DNA of 64,000 nucleotides from Vicugna vicugna (GCA_013265495.1 MU058384.1:4077239-4141238), one strand, 5' to 3'. Counted from the stretch's first letter, positions 27,501 to 41,238 are shown. Notes: a model not told the origin generated them from the letters alone. Numbers and translations are program-made.

Positions 27501-30500
27501 AAATCATATAACTTTTCTTTTTATTTTACATAACATACATTTCTCCATGTTTTTGTAAATTTGTTATAATTATTAATTTAATGACTTCATAGTAGTGCAT
27601 CTTCTTGACTCTTTAATTTCTAGATTCAGACTCCTACTTTGAGCAAGTATCCAGTTGGTTATTAGTAGGGTTCATTAACTAGATCATTTGGGAAAGAGAA
27701 GAGCTTTGCTTTTGTAATGGTGATGATGTAGTTGAACACTTGGGACTCTTATGTAATTCAAAGGAATTAGACAACTCTTTTGGCTAGTAAAAGGGAGAAC
27801 AACCAGCTTGATTATTTTAAAATATTAGTTCAGGCCATGAAAGTGCAGTATTCTAACACTTAGGTTGACTGTGCATTTCTTCTTAACCTACTCAACTTTT
27901 CAGTAGGCAGAATTTTTTGCCTCCCTACTGGTATAAAATGGCCACCCTTTGCAGCCTCAGTGGCTATGAAATTGAGATTTAGGAAGGAAATTAGGGAGTA
28001 TGCTTTTTGTTACTGCAGTAAAATTAGAGTTTGCATGTAACTTAATACCTTTTGATTTCATTACTAAACAACTTTGTTAATGTTAATCAGTTTCGAATTA
28101 GAGGCAGAGGAAGAGCCAGAGGAGTTTTTGCTGGGACAAATACTGGTCCAAACAACTCAAATACTACTTTTCAAAAGAGACCGAAGGAAGAGGAATGGGA
28201 TCCAGAATATACCCCAAAGAGCAAGAAGTACTTCTTGGTGGGTGTTAGAAATCTCTGTTTATTTGGTTTGCATTAATTTTCAAAGCATACTGGGTGAATA
28301 CATTTGAGTACAGGTATCCACTACTGTGAGACAATTTCACCATAATGTGGGAAACCTTTTTAAAAATTCATTACCCAGATGATTTGAAGTTTTGAAAATG
28401 TGGGTCCCTTTAGTCCTGTTTATACTTTATTAATATCTCCTATGGGCTGATCAGGGTGAAGTAAAAATATACCTGATTTGATAGCCACATTCAGAGAAGA
28501 ACATTAATTTGTTTCATATCTGTCTGTAAAGACGGTGGCAGTTGTAGAAACTTCTCATTAAGATTTACCTTTCATCATCGCAGTTATTTGTTTAAATGAA
28601 CAGGCAAGGAGAATTCTTTCACAGCACATGTAATTAAGAATCACAGGAGGCTGTTAACTTTTATTGGAGTAAATAGAAGATGAAATACTACATTCTGGAA
28701 AACTTGCTAGATACACACTAATTTGGTGGTTCCTTGTGATGCTCTTCTCTCTAAAGTAGTTTTCTAAGGGATGAAGCTAGAGGAGGTGGGTCCTGAAAAA
28801 AATCTCTAGATAATGATACAAATTTTCTGCTCTTTTGGCATGGGGGAAGAGGGTTCATCCTATGTTATAGACAGCAAGAAAATACCAAAAACTATTAGCA
28901 GGAATACTCATTTTTGTCATAGCTCCTTGCGGAAGACTAGTCGTTTTGTTTAAATGAGGAGAAAATAGTATTGGATTTTGTAGAAATGTGTCTTTCATTT
29001 GGCTTTTTATGAATATATTTTGAGTAAACTTGAATGTCCATGACATCTACTAAGTAAGAGTATAGAGCTGTAGTCTGAAGTAGAGCTATATTTTGTTTCA
29101 AGACTGGGAATTGTAGTTGGTTCAAAAATTGATTTCCATTTGCCCCTTTTTTTGGGTACTTTAATGAGCAAGAGTCTGAAAAAGTTAAGTATATTTTTAC
29201 AGAACACATTATGTATAATGTTACACAGCATATATTCCTGTGAGGAGAAATTTATGCTTGAGTTGACAATCTGAAAAGCAAAAGTGAATCATCCTGATGG
29301 AGAGAACTCCAGTACTCAGCTGGCTAGATGGTCGGTATAATTTTGGGAAGGTTAAGAAAAAACAGGAGCCAAATTGTGGAAGGCCATAATACTGTAATAA
29401 ATGTGGATGTTAGGCAGAGTTTAGGAAAGCATGAATGTGAAAACAGATCTGAGAAATATTGAGTGTCTGAACTAAGAGGCTAGATTTGAGGAAAGTTAAG
29501 AAAATAACATTTATTAGTATTTCTTCAGGGACCCACTAGTTGGGTGTTGGTAGTGAGAAGAAGGAATCTCTCCAAGATAGGGAATATAGGGTAAAGAAGC
29601 TCATTGGAGGTGAAGATTAAGTTTTGTTTTTGAAATGCCTGGGAGAAATTGAGTGGAGGTATGCAATAAATAGGTAATTGCTAATGCAGGTATGGAGAGA
29701 AAAATCTAGACTAAGCCATCATCTTACCAGTCACAAAGCCACAATAAGATCACCCAGTATGAAGAGAAGAGATTATAAAGCCAACCTTTCAAAGGTGGGG
29801 TGAGGAATGAGAGTAATAATGCCAGACAAGTAGAACAGATGTGAAAGTTGAGGCAAGTGAGAAGTGAACAATTAGATAGTAATTAATTGCTTAACACTTC
29901 ACATTTTACAAATACTTAATTTAGGCCAGACCTTGACTTTTTATGGCATTCTTTTAAGTATCTGGTACCATAATTTTTGTCTTAAATTGGGACATAATCA
30001 TTTTTGCTTGACACGTAATTAGGTATTAATCAAGAGTGTTACTTTAAAAATTTAGCCACTTGTAAGTAGCAGTAACATTTTGTATGTTGCTTTTCTGGGA
30101 TGTATTTAAAAATCTTTGTTTCTGTATAAGACGTACATGTACATTTGTCACAGACTAATGTTCACTAGAAGTGAAATTAACATCACATTTTTCCTTAAAA
30201 ATCAGTTCCCAAAGTTAATTATTTTGGTTCTTAATGAGCCATTGGAATGACAACTTTGGTTTTCACATGGGTATTTGAATTTAAAATATTTTACATATTC
30301 TGCAAAGATACTAGACTTTTCAGACAGCTAATGTTGAGAATAGAAATATATAAAAATTATAATTGAGAATAAATGAAGTTGAAAACTATAGATTCTTCTA
30401 GGTTCTTTCAGAATAATCGACAAGCATGGAAATTTTGTCCATAGTAATGAAACGTTAATACTTAGTAGTGACAATAATGAGTGACATTTATTGAGTATAT

Positions 30501-33500
30501 GTACCATGCTAGACATCATTCTAAGTGTTTTACATATATTTATTTTCATGCTTATAAAGTCCTTTTGAGGTAGGGTCATTATCCACTTGTACGGATGAAA
30601 AACCGAGGTACAGAGATGAGCAGCTTGACCAAAGATACATGGCCAGTAGGAGTGGGGTCAGGATTTGAACCCATGCCTTGGTCTCCAAAGCCAAGGTTCT
30701 TAAAGTACCGTTATCGTTTTTCCTCTAGTCCTGAGTAATAACATTTGTTCATTTATTGTTTTCTTATCTGAAACTCCCCATTTCAGAACTTTGAATTATG
30801 CAAAGATAAAGTAATGTTTTCAATAATAAGTACTCCAGGAAGGAGAACAGCGTTAGAACCTGAAATTCTGTTCAGGGGTGAGAGTATGTGAAGAGTTGGA
30901 GCAAGTGCAAAAGTACTGATATGGGCAAATTATTAATGTTGAGTTGATGCCATCTGAGGAAAAGAAAATCCCTGGTGGGGAAAGGGTTTGGATTGGAGTT
31001 TTAATAAATTAATTGTTTGAAACTCAGTCATTCTGTAAGGAAGAAATAAGAGGATTCAGAAGGTCTTGGTTCTAATATGGCCTCCTTTCTTAACATATTT
31101 TTGGCTGTGTATTACAAATATCTAATGTCCCCTTTATCATCTGTGAATTTTTTAAAATTGTAATAAGAGTAAAATCTTGGATGTAAGAATTTGAGGATTA
31201 TGCTTAGCAACAATATGTCACTTAGGTAGCTGCTAGGATACCCTCTGAAAAAATGTAATCTTCTAGCTTCTGTTTTGTTTATTTTCAGATGATTTTATGT
31301 TTAAAAGTAATGGCTAGTTAAACTCTGGTGTCTAGCTTTGCCACTATTTCTATTTCTATTTCAGCTAACTCTTAGCTACCTCGTATGGTAATCATTTACT
31401 GTCACCAAGATAGCTGGGAAATGTATTCTGTGGATGATGGGCATACGAGGCAGTGGAAAAGACTGGCTCTGTAGCCTTGGGCAAGTTACTTAATTTCTCT
31501 GTGCCTCATTTTCTTTATATCTAAAGTGGGGTTAATTAAGAGTATTTTACAGGATTGTTCTGAGGATTAGATGAGTAAATACATGGAAAGTGCTCCGAAC
31601 AGTGCCTCATTCTTACTAATAAGCACCCTATAAGCTTTGTTAATACTACCATGGTTTGAGTGCTTGCTTGTCAGACACTGGGCTGTTCACTTTCAGATCA
31701 TTTGTGTTCCTTCAAGGTTATCTTGTTTTTTAAAATGAGGAAGTAAAGTTACACAGTTTCTGTTAAGATTTAAACCGATGCGTCTGGCTTCAAAACTTAA
31801 TTGTTTCTTCCTACAAGTCCATGGAATACTGTGTAAATACCTCAAACAAAAAACCACAAACTCTATAAAATTAGTTGTGCTAGTACCAAAAGGAATCCTG
31901 AAATTAATGTAATTGTATGTGCATATTATTTTGAGAGGCAGACTATTGTAAAATAGTTTATTCTGGGTTTACAGTTAAAATTCCTGACATTGAAATTTAT
32001 ACTTATGACAGTTCCTACATTCATTCTTCGAGCCATGCATACCTTTAGCTAGTCATCTTTCATTGGTTTGCTAGATTATTAGAAATTGGTAAGGACTCTT
32101 TCTTACAGTCTGTTAATTACATGTGAACTTTTCAAATCATGCAGAAGGGTGATCTGTTTACATGAATATGCACAAAGGCACATTCCATGTTTTAAAAAGG
32201 TGCTCATGCAATATATAAAAAATGTTTTAGTGTCTTTTGGACAGTTGATCAGTATCAGTACTCCATGTTATGCAGCATTGTTGGCATTATGCCTATCATC
32301 TTACAGAGGGGCATCATTCCCATTTTGTAGGTATAAACCTGAGTTTGAGGTGGGCAGCAGTTAATCAAATTATATTACAGGAGAACTTTGACTTTGTATT
32401 TTGGGATGTAATACTCATCTACTCACCCACAAAGTCAAGTACTTTTCAATTCTGCAGATTGTTTTGATTAATGGAATAATTTGTAATTTGGGAAACATCT
32501 ATATTTGGATACAGTTAATGAAAAATTAAGGTTGGAATGTAATAGCTGCAGTATTTTAGGTTAGTGAAGAAGTAAGTTGAAGTATTACTCTAGGGACCAT
32601 GCTGTTGTGATTTCGCATGTGAGATTCCCTTGCCCAGAAGATTGATGTGTAATACATACTGATTTAGATGTAAATCTCAGGATTTTAAAAATCTGTTCCT
32701 ATATGGGAGGTATAATTCTAACCACCTATTTTATTTGGTTAATATTACTGATGATGTTGTAACGATGTTTTTTATACTTTGTCGCATATGTACGACTAAT
32801 TTTGTGAGGAAAATATCTCATTTACATGCAGTGTATGAATAAGTAGACATACATTGAAATAATAATGGAAAGCAAAAAAGTAAAAATTAGGAAATTGGCA
32901 GTAATTTAGCAGTTGAGATTCTCCAAAAAATTATCTGGGCTCTCAAATGCTTGGGTTACTAAGCAGTAAGATGTAATTACTTGCTTTCACGATACAGTAT
33001 ATGTTTGTTAAAAAGTTCAATTTTATTGGTTTTGTTTTGTTGTGTTTAGAACAGTACCAATCTCATATATCCAATCTGCAGAAAGTTTTTGCCATGACTT
33101 ACTATTAGGGATATAGTCATCTTCCTTACAAAAAAGATATTTCAGTGATGATTGTTTTTTAACCTTTCTGTAGCATGATGACAGAGATGATGGTGTGGAT
33201 TATTGGGCCAAAAGAGGAAGAGGTCGTGGTACCTTTCAGCGTGGCAGAGGGCGCTTTAACTTCAAAAAATCAGGTAGCAGTCCAAAATGGACTCATGATA
33301 AATACCAAGGGGATGGGATTGTTGAAGATGAAGAGGAGACCATGGAAAATAATGAAGAAAAGAAGGACAGGCGCAAAGAAGAAAAGGTAGAAATTTTCAA
33401 CTTGTTGGTGATTCTAACAGATTTTCTTTATATGTATGGGTTTGGTGGGCCAGTTTATTTAATTTTTAGAAAAAGTGATTATTTTGGATCATTTTCACTC

Positions 33501-33553
33501 TTCATACTTTTGCTAATCTTTATTTTCTCTCTCTTTTTTAAAAATAGGAATAA
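15438..33553 (+). CDS. BCLAF1: Bcl-2-associated transcription factor 1, full spliced CDS (11 coding exons, 2766 nt, 921 aa)
   Basis: join(15438-15541,16310-17221,18483-19148,19301-19470,21816-21921,23035-23119,25527-25702,26808-26988,28091-28237,33174-33386,33548-33553). All introns are GT-AG and phases are consistent. The protein runs [17 protein letters not shown]...RRKEEKE*. Confidence 0.96.
16310..17221 (+). CDS. BCLAF1: BCLAF1 exon 4 (RS/SP-rich)
   Basis: Acceptor catttttag|, contains ORF 16404-17225 ([12 protein letters not shown]...TGKFLKR), donor AAG|gtaaga. Confidence 0.97.
18483..19148 (+). CDS. BCLAF1: BCLAF1 exon 5
   Basis: Acceptor ttattcacag|, [14 protein letters not shown]...PLDDSN, donor CAG|gtaatt. 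Confidence 0.97.
19301..19470 (+). CDS. BCLAF1: BCLAF1 exon 6
   Basis: ctccag|, [32 protein letters not shown]...HHVK, donor AAG|gtatgt. Confidence 0.96.
21816..21921 (+). CDS. BCLAF1: BCLAF1 exon 7
   Basis: caacag|, [35 protein letters not shown], donor CAG|gtatat. Confidence 0.95.
23035..23119 (+). CDS. BCLAF1: BCLAF1 exon 8
   Basis: cattaag| (AAG acceptor), [28 protein letters not shown], donor AAG|gtatgt. Confidence 0.94.
25527..25702 (+). CDS. BCLAF1: BCLAF1 exon 9
   Basis: tttatag|, [28 protein letters not shown]...YKSYKDD, donor CAG|gtaatt. Confidence 0.96.
26808..26988 (+). CDS. BCLAF1: BCLAF1 exon 10
   Basis: ttttgcag|, [29 protein letters not shown]...SRPRGTF, donor TTT|gtaagt. 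Confidence 0.95.
28091..28237 (+). CDS. BCLAF1: BCLAF1 exon 11 (147-nt frame-preserving cassette)
   Basis: taatcag|, [19 protein letters not shown]...[17 protein letters not shown], donor TTG|gtgggt. Confidence 0.94.
30470..30710 (-). mobile_element. MIR SINE
   Basis: Reverse MIR core: atttattgagtat...gatgaaaaaccgaggtacagaga...ggatttgaacccatg. Confidence 0.7.
31450..31630 (+). mobile_element. MIR SINE
   Basis: ccttgggcaagttacttaatttctctgtgcctcattttc...tgaggattagatgag...aacagtgcct. Confidence 0.75.
33174..33386 (+). CDS. BCLAF1: BCLAF1 exon 12
   Basis: ttctgtag|, [46 protein letters not shown]...RRKEEK, donor AAG|gtagaa. Confidence 0.96.
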
Positions 33554-36170
33554 TAAATCTGAAGTGAGATTGCAACAGAGAACAGAACTTGCACCCACCA
33601 TTTTTTTACATGATTTTTGTTTTCAAATAAGAATGTAAGCATTTTACTTAAATTTTACTGTTTGCAAGTAGTCTAGAGAAATTTTGTTTTAAGTCTTCAA
33701 ATATCTTGAAAAATAGTAGACTGTATGTTGAAAATTGTACTGAAATAAAGTAGAAAATTGTTACGTACCATATTTGTAACTATCAACTTTTAAAAAAATA
33801 CTTTTACTGTTTTTGTTACATGCATTGTAATTCTGCTTTGTCTATAAGATATGGTCAAGTACAGCTCTGTGAAAGTTCTAATTCTCTTCCCTCCCTGTTT
33901 GTTAATGATTATTCTGAAGTAAACGTTAGCTCTACATACCCTGGACGGCAATTGTTTATAGAGACCACATTAATTATTTTAATGGTATACATCTATTTAA
34001 CATTCTCCTTAATTCAAACACACTACATTGTAGGGTGACTAATTTTTGAAGTATACCACAGAAAAAATTGTTACTTTGGTAAACTAAGCTAGTTTAACAC
34101 CTAAGCAAATGTTTAAGAAAGGAAAAAAAGGCTTTGCCAATAACTAAAAAAAAATAGTACAAGCTTTTAAAAGTTAGATTGAAAAGTATGAGGTTTTTTT
34201 TTTTTTGTTTTGTTTTGTTTTTGTTTTTTTTTACTGAAAGCAAACAGTGGCCTATAAAAATCATTCTTAGGAGCCATTATTTAAGCTCAAAATTCAGTGT
34301 TCTCTTTCTGTTCTTATTTGAAAGTTTTGAGTCATGGTCTTAGGTATCAGCTATTTTTTGAGCGAGGAAACTGGTTTGTAACAATACAAATAAAAACCCC
34401 ATTGCTACCAAATGTCTTATTTTAAAAAAAAAAAGACGAAACCTATAATCCTGGTATTGGTGTGGAAGAGGATTATCCTGCAGAATAACCTGATACGTTA
34501 AAAAGATGTGTACCTGATTTCATATCTTACATATTTATTTGAGCTTTTGAACAGATGAATCATTAGTTTGTAGTCTAACCATAAGGAAAAATAGGTGAAC
34601 AGAATATACTGTTCATTAGTAGTATTTTAAGTAACTTGTTTTTCAAATGTCATCAATAAAAAATTTGACAGGAAGCTTGTTGCAGCATTGATCTAACTTG
34701 TTTATTATTTTTTCCATATTCAAATTGCAGTTTGTAAAATGGGTTTTTCTTCTCAAGGGTTCTATTCAGATAGATAATATTTCAAATGTGAATTACCTTT
34801 GTGTTTATGCTGGTATCTCCTAAAAGGAATGAAAATCCAAAATAGTACATTTCAGTGTTAAATCTGTCTGCTCTGTAAGCATATATGATAAAAGTAGTCA
34901 AATTTCATTTGCTAATTCAGCATCTAAATTAGTTGTATATGTTTACATTAAAAGGGGCTAATGTTTATTCTGTTGGTGTAAACTTTTAAACATCTTAAGT
35001 GTATGGCTCTTCCATTCTCACTGATGATTTGCAATTCTTCTAGCACCTTGATTGCAGTCAGGAACATTAGCTAAGAGCTGTAAGAGGGAAAAATATGAAA
35101 ACAAAACTCAGTGTACGTGATGCTCATGGCCCTGAGATCCTTAAGTATTGCATGATTTCTCCTATTTTGTTCTTCTGAAGTTGTTAAAGCAGAGGAAATA
35201 CTGTCATAGCAAGTATGTGTTGCATTAATTAGGACATAACTAATACTCTCCTAGTCAGAATAATACTTAATTACATGCTGAAGCAACATGGATTTGATCT
35301 ATATGACAGGAAAATTTTCACAACCATTTTATTTTATACAAATAAATTTAGCTTTTACTTTAGCAGTTACTGGTTAGATTACTGAATTTATGCATGACTA
35401 TAAATGTGCAGTTTTGCTTTTCCACATAAGACAGCAGGGAAAGGGAGATTACTGAGAAATTATTTAATAGGGAGTGGGGAAAAAGCTACCTGAAAAGTCC
35501 TGTCAGGAGGTTATGTTTTAAGTGCAAATGCATTGCTTTAACCCAAATATATACATGATTTGATTACTTTTATTAAAATTGAGGAAAGTATCCTACCAGA
35601 ATATAGTAAGAACTGTGATTGGGGAAACACTGCGATAGAATACCATTGTGGGTGTTAACTTTTTCAGAGCCAAGCACATAAAAAGTAACCTGTGTGAATT
35701 TTTTTAAACCACAGTTTAACTCCACACTTCACGACATGTTATAAAAGCTGAACGGTTCTTTTACAAGTGCCAGAATATAGTAACTCTGATACCTGCATTA
35801 ACAGACTTCTTTTTGCGTAGAGAAGGAAAATAAAAATGAACCAAAGGATACTTCCAGAAAGGATTAAGAAAGCTTTTTAAGAAGGCCATGACTCAGTCCT
35901 TAGGTGTGTATCTCTCTCAACATCCTAGAAATTTTAATATAAAGAGCAAAATTTGTTTTTCCAATTGCAGCCTATTTCAAGAAATTACTGTTATTCCCTT
36001 TTGTCACAGTTAAAATCAAGTGTTGGGAATTCAGTTATAATTTGAGTAAAAATATACCCAATAAGAATGAATGTAGATGGCTAAACGATTCTTACTCAGT
36101 GTGATGTATAATGCAACAGGGACCCTTGTAAATTGTCATATGCCAATAAAATGTCGTAAGTGGTAATAAC
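33548..36170 (+). other. BCLAF1: BCLAF1 exon 13: last codon GAA, stop TAA (33551-33553) and long AU-rich 3' UTR (end approximate)
   Basis: Acceptor aaatag|GAATAA, followed by a largely repeat-free AT-rich stretch with several AATAAA. Confidence 0.75.
36145..36150 (+). terminator. BCLAF1: Probable distal polyadenylation signal of BCLAF1
   Basis: AATAAA with three upstream TGTA motifs (~36073, 36106, 36128) and a downstream GT-rich element tgttgtttgttt (36171-36182). Confidence 0.65.
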
Positions 36171-37969
36171 TGTTGTTTGTTTACCTGATTTTGAGATTAT
36201 TTCTTTGTCTGTCTATATAACTGATTTCCATGGCTTGTTTCTAGATTTTAGAATACCGGCTCACCTGTTAGTAAAATTACTAGTATAGTGTGATTTTTGG
36301 GGGGGGGGGAGTTGATAAATGTTTTATAAAATTGCTCAAATCCCTATTTGTTTTTTTTCTTTTTCCCCTGGGAAAATGGGAAATTCTGTAGTGGATAATT
36401 CCAAGCCATTATTAGAGAACACAAGAACTCCAGATTTCTAGTCTACCTCTCCTGTTCTCGTGTTCATAGAGGAACTTGTCAGCTCTAATATGGTGGAGAA
36501 TCAGTATTACTTCTCCTCTTTCTAAAAATAATAGTAGTTAGTAGATAACTGAAGAGTGTTTTTTTGATGTGGTTTTGTGTGTGTGTGTGTGTCTTTGTTC
36601 GCTTTTCAGTAAGATCTGGTGCAATTATTACCATGCCCATCTTCTAAGTTATTTGAAATATAAAATGAGCCATTCTGCAGTTTCAAACAAAAGATTTTGA
36701 CAAATATTTGTGCTAACACAGATAAGTTTTGCCTAATATAAATAGCAAATTATCCCTTTAAAACTTTGTCAAAGAAATAACTCTGTGTATGCCCAACTAT
36801 ACTGGATAATTTTAACGTTATGTACTAGCTACCTTTGTAAAAGTGTGTTATCTTACTGGGGACAATTATTTAACTTTTTTTTAAGAGTTGCTTTTTTCTT
36901 TTTCTCTTTGAGTTTCAACTGGAATCCCTTTGGGATATACTTTATTCCATATGGAACAATATTCCTTTCACATTCAGAAAGAGAAGTGCAAAGAATTATC
37001 TGTGTTTATGAAGTTGCTAAATAGGGAAGACACATGGAGAAATAAACTTCACTGTCATGGAACTGTATTTGACTAGAGTCAGTCTGAGTAGTAGATTGTG
37101 ATACATCCCTCAACAAAATTTTGGAATATTATCTGTTCCATACATGTAGGGTTCTCAGTTGAAATCATTATCATTAAATCTGAATGTCAAGGGTCTAATG
37201 GTTCAGTTTATTGAGGCAGATGTTAAAACTTCATTAACATAGACTCCTAATTTTTAAGTGAAAAAGTTTTGTTACTCGATTATTGGAATCCAGGAATATA
37301 TAGAAGTTACTGTATTCCATTGTCTGACTTGAGAGCCTTTGTAGAGATTGTTTAGATTTAGGAGCTGAACTCATGTTTTTCAGAAACATTCAGTTATGAT
37401 TAGTGTGTGTCAGTTACGCAAATGAAGCCAAAGCTGTACATTAAGTGTACTAGTTCTTTTTATATTGTTATGTTACCTCCTTATAGTTTGGCTTTTAAAA
37501 ATGGATCCCACTGGTTATAAAAGAGAAAGAACAGGCATTAGAATGGCACTTCACCACTACTAGAAGAAAAATTCCAAGTAATGTTTCTTTAATTATAATG
37601 ATCTGTACATAAGAAAAATTTTTCTAAGGACACTTGAGATGTTTCACATCTGTGAACTGATCTGCAGTGCTCTTAAAATGCAGAAGATAATCTGGGTTCT
37701 TGAAGTAGAAAAGGGGTAGGTAAGTCTTTATGCTATTCTCCTAAAATTGGAATCAGATTTTTCTTAGTAATCTCTTTTGATTCAATAATGAGCCCTCCCT
37801 TTAATAAAAGTAGATAATAGTAAGTACACTGTACAATAAGGTGATGACGGTTATATATTCACAGCATGAACTGTGTATTTGGCAATGGTAACTTCTTGAT
37901 ACTATTCTAGTAATTGCAAATTCCATGGCTTGTAAAGGGCCCCAGATAAAAATAAAGAATACCACTTTC

Positions 37970-38375
37970 GCCATTTGAAGCAACATGGATGTTCCTGGAG
38001 AATGTCATTCTAAGTGAAGCCAGAAAGAGAAAGAAAAATACCATATAAGATTGCTCGTATGTGGAATCTTAAAAAAAAAAAACAAAACGTAAATACAAAA
38101 CAGAAACAGACTCATAGACATAGAATACAAACTTGTGGTTGCCAAGGGGGAGGGGGTGGGAAGGGACAGACTGGGATTTCAAAATGTAGAATAAATAAAT
38201 AAGATTATACTATATGGCATAGGGAAATATATACAGATCTTGTGGTAGCTCACAGTGGAAAAAAAATGTGACAATGAATGTATGTATGTTCATGTATAAC
38301 TGAAAAGTTGTGCTCTACACTGGAATTTGATAAAACATAAAATGACTAACTCAATAAAAAAATGTTAAAAAAAAA
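37970..38375 (+). mobile_element. LINE-1 3' end fragment
   Basis: gccatttgaagcaacatggatg...ctaagtgaa, L1 3' UTR, aataaa and A tail. cactttc is repeated at both flanks. Confidence 0.88.
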
Positions 38376-40764
38376 CACTTTCACCCTCCAGAATAGTAGT
38401 TTAGTTGCAAACTTCTCTTGTCCTTGATTATGGGAGGTCATAGTTTTTCTTTTGTCATATTTATACTGGAAAGGGAAAACTAGAAACTTAAACTTCCAGG
38501 CTAGTTCTAAGGGTGCCATGAGGGGAATGTTAAATACAGTTGGAATTTTTTTTTTTTTTGCAGGGGGGAAAGAAATGGAATATCAGCAAATGTATGCATA
38601 AAGAGATACTTATACAGCATTTAACTGGTTAATGTCAGTTTATAATTATCTTTTACTCCTATGTTTGGTGATGATACTTAACTTTCAGACTCAAAAATGT
38701 CAGCTCATTTTCACTGCTGTGGTAACTGGTAAAGATATTTATCATTTGCCCTAGTTGCTGCATTAGTCTTCTAGTTTGGACACCTGAACTTTTAAATTTC
38801 ATCTTCTTAATGGCCATCTGTGGGACATTTTTCAATTGAAAATTGTCTAAAATAAGCTAAAAATTCTTCAGTGTCTTCTCGTTGCCTAAATCTTAGTCAA
38901 GGTGAACTGCAGGAATTTCCTGTTCCCGCAAGGTGAGCTGCTTTTTTTTTTTTTTTGCTTTGTTGCCTTATCCCACTCCTTGTTCACTTAGGTATCTTAA
39001 AATCTTAAATCCTAGCAAAAGGGAAAAAAAAAATCTGAAAAGCCCTCTTGTCTTCGTTTTTTTAGGCTAGCAACTGATTGTTTATGTGTTTTGCTTTGCT
39101 AGAGTAAATATTAGCACTTTGCATTGTGTTTGGTGTACATACTACATGTAATAAGTGCTCCTTGAGTATAAATGAAAGTATGATAACTGCATTATATGGA
39201 GAGATTGGCATTTGATTGGCATAAGCCGATTTATGGCTCTTGCTGAAACATAATTCCATCTAAGCTACCTTAAAAATGTGCTTAACGGGAGAGTTCAAGT
39301 TGCTATGAACGAGTTGGATCTTTTTATAAATGGCTCAAGTTGCCTCTTGTGTGTTGTTTTGGAGAAGTGTTTAATATTATTTTTAAGAGAAAATATTTAG
39401 TATATTTAGAGGAAGGAGAACCAGAAGCTTGAGTTCTGAAATAATGTCATGTGATTAATTGGGAAAGGTATGTTTACTGTAGAAAAATGATGGCTGAGAT
39501 GGGTATAGCAGTCTTCAAGTACTTGAAAGGGCTTTCCCTTAGAAAGGGAAATAGAGTCAAATTCAAACTATATAGGACCCGGAAGAGCATTTGATACCAC
39601 TTTATCCAGTCTCATCACTTTAATGTATTCTGTTTTTGCAGGGCAGAATCAGAGCCAGTAGGTAAAAGTAATAGGTATGTAGACTCGCTGTCTCAACTGA
39701 TTTTCACAACTAGATATTTAAAAAGAGTGGGCAGCATGTGAATAACAAAAGTTTTCTGTTTATAGAAGTATGGAGAATCTGGAAGGAATGCTGTGCTATC
39801 TGAAGCAAAACTTTTTTCTAGTTCTCAGGATTGCTTAAGATCAAGAACTGCATTTTACTCTCAGGTGTTTGCTTTATTAAACTTATTAACTGAAATAGTG
39901 ACAAAAAGAAGTGCTGTATTATTGCTACAGTTTTTTGATGTTGTGATAGGAATGAACTTTGATATTTTTTAATAAGACATGCCATATCCTTTATGACATG
40001 CCAAATCTTTGGATGACAAATAACTTGCTATTAAGTGTTAAGACAATCAAAATAAGTTATTCGGGATTTTTATGAAGAAAAGTTTGAAAAATTCCTGTTA
40101 CTTGGACCATGACAGTATTAAAAATTATGAGTTGATTTTTGCTAAAATTGAAAACGATTAAATGGAAATGTTAAGAGTACTGATAACTGGACTGGATGAT
40201 CCAGAGCAGAGTAAAACTGGAAGGACATTTTTTTCTCTGCTCTGGATTTTAACCAACTCTTTAAGTGACTAACAAGAGTCAAGGCATATGTATTTGTGAA
40301 CATGATTATATCAAAAATGACAGAATCCATTAAATCATATGAATCTTTTAAAAATAATGGAACCAGAAAAATCAAGCAGCAGTTCACTTTTATTCTTTTA
40401 GCAAGGTCTAGCTATAGTAGAATATTTTTGTTCAAAAATAGTATGAGTAGCTAATAAACACATAGGGCTTTTGGACTCAGAAACACTAAGTACAGTAACC
40501 TAGGCTTTCTTTTTATACAAATTATTTTAAGGTCCAAATAAAATAAGTCTTGCTTTTAGACAAACATTTAACTTAGATTTTGTGATTTTAATATACCACA
40601 AGTGAATAGCAGTTTATAGATATATAGTAGGTACCGCTATATAGGTAGTAGATCTCAATTCTTAGGTTACTGGATCATTTTTATTGTCAATACCAAAAAA
40701 CAGGAGATTTTCAGAAGAATTTAATTTGAAACATGGTTTTAATATCAAGGAAAATCTTGGTCTT

Positions 40765-41238
40765 TTTTAATGTATTTTTATTGAAGTATAGTCAGTTTAC
40801 AGTGTGTCAATTTCTGGTGTACAGCATAATGCTTTGGTCGTACATGAACATACGTGTATTCTTTTTCACCATAATTTACTATAAGATATTGAATATAGTT
40901 CCCTGTTCTATACAGTATGAACTTGTTTATCTATTTTATATATACTAATTAGTAACTGCAAGCCTTGAACTCCCAATTTATCCCTTCCTACCCCCTTCCC
41001 CTCTGGTAACCATAAGTTTGTGAGTTTGTTTTGAAAGTTCATTTGTCTTTTTTTTTTAAGATTCCACATATAAGTAATATATTGTATAAATACTTTTTTT
41101 TCTCTTTCTGGTTTACTTAGAATGACAATCTCCAGGTACATCCATGTTGCTGCAAATGGCATTATTTTTTATGGCTGAGTAGAGTTCCATCATATAAATA
41201 TACCACAACTTCTTTATCCAGTCATCTGTTGATGGACA
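40765..41238 (-). mobile_element. LINE-1 3' end fragment
   Basis: Minus ORF MPFAATWMYLEIVILS; TSD ttggtctt at 40757-40764 and 41239-41246. Confidence 0.9.
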
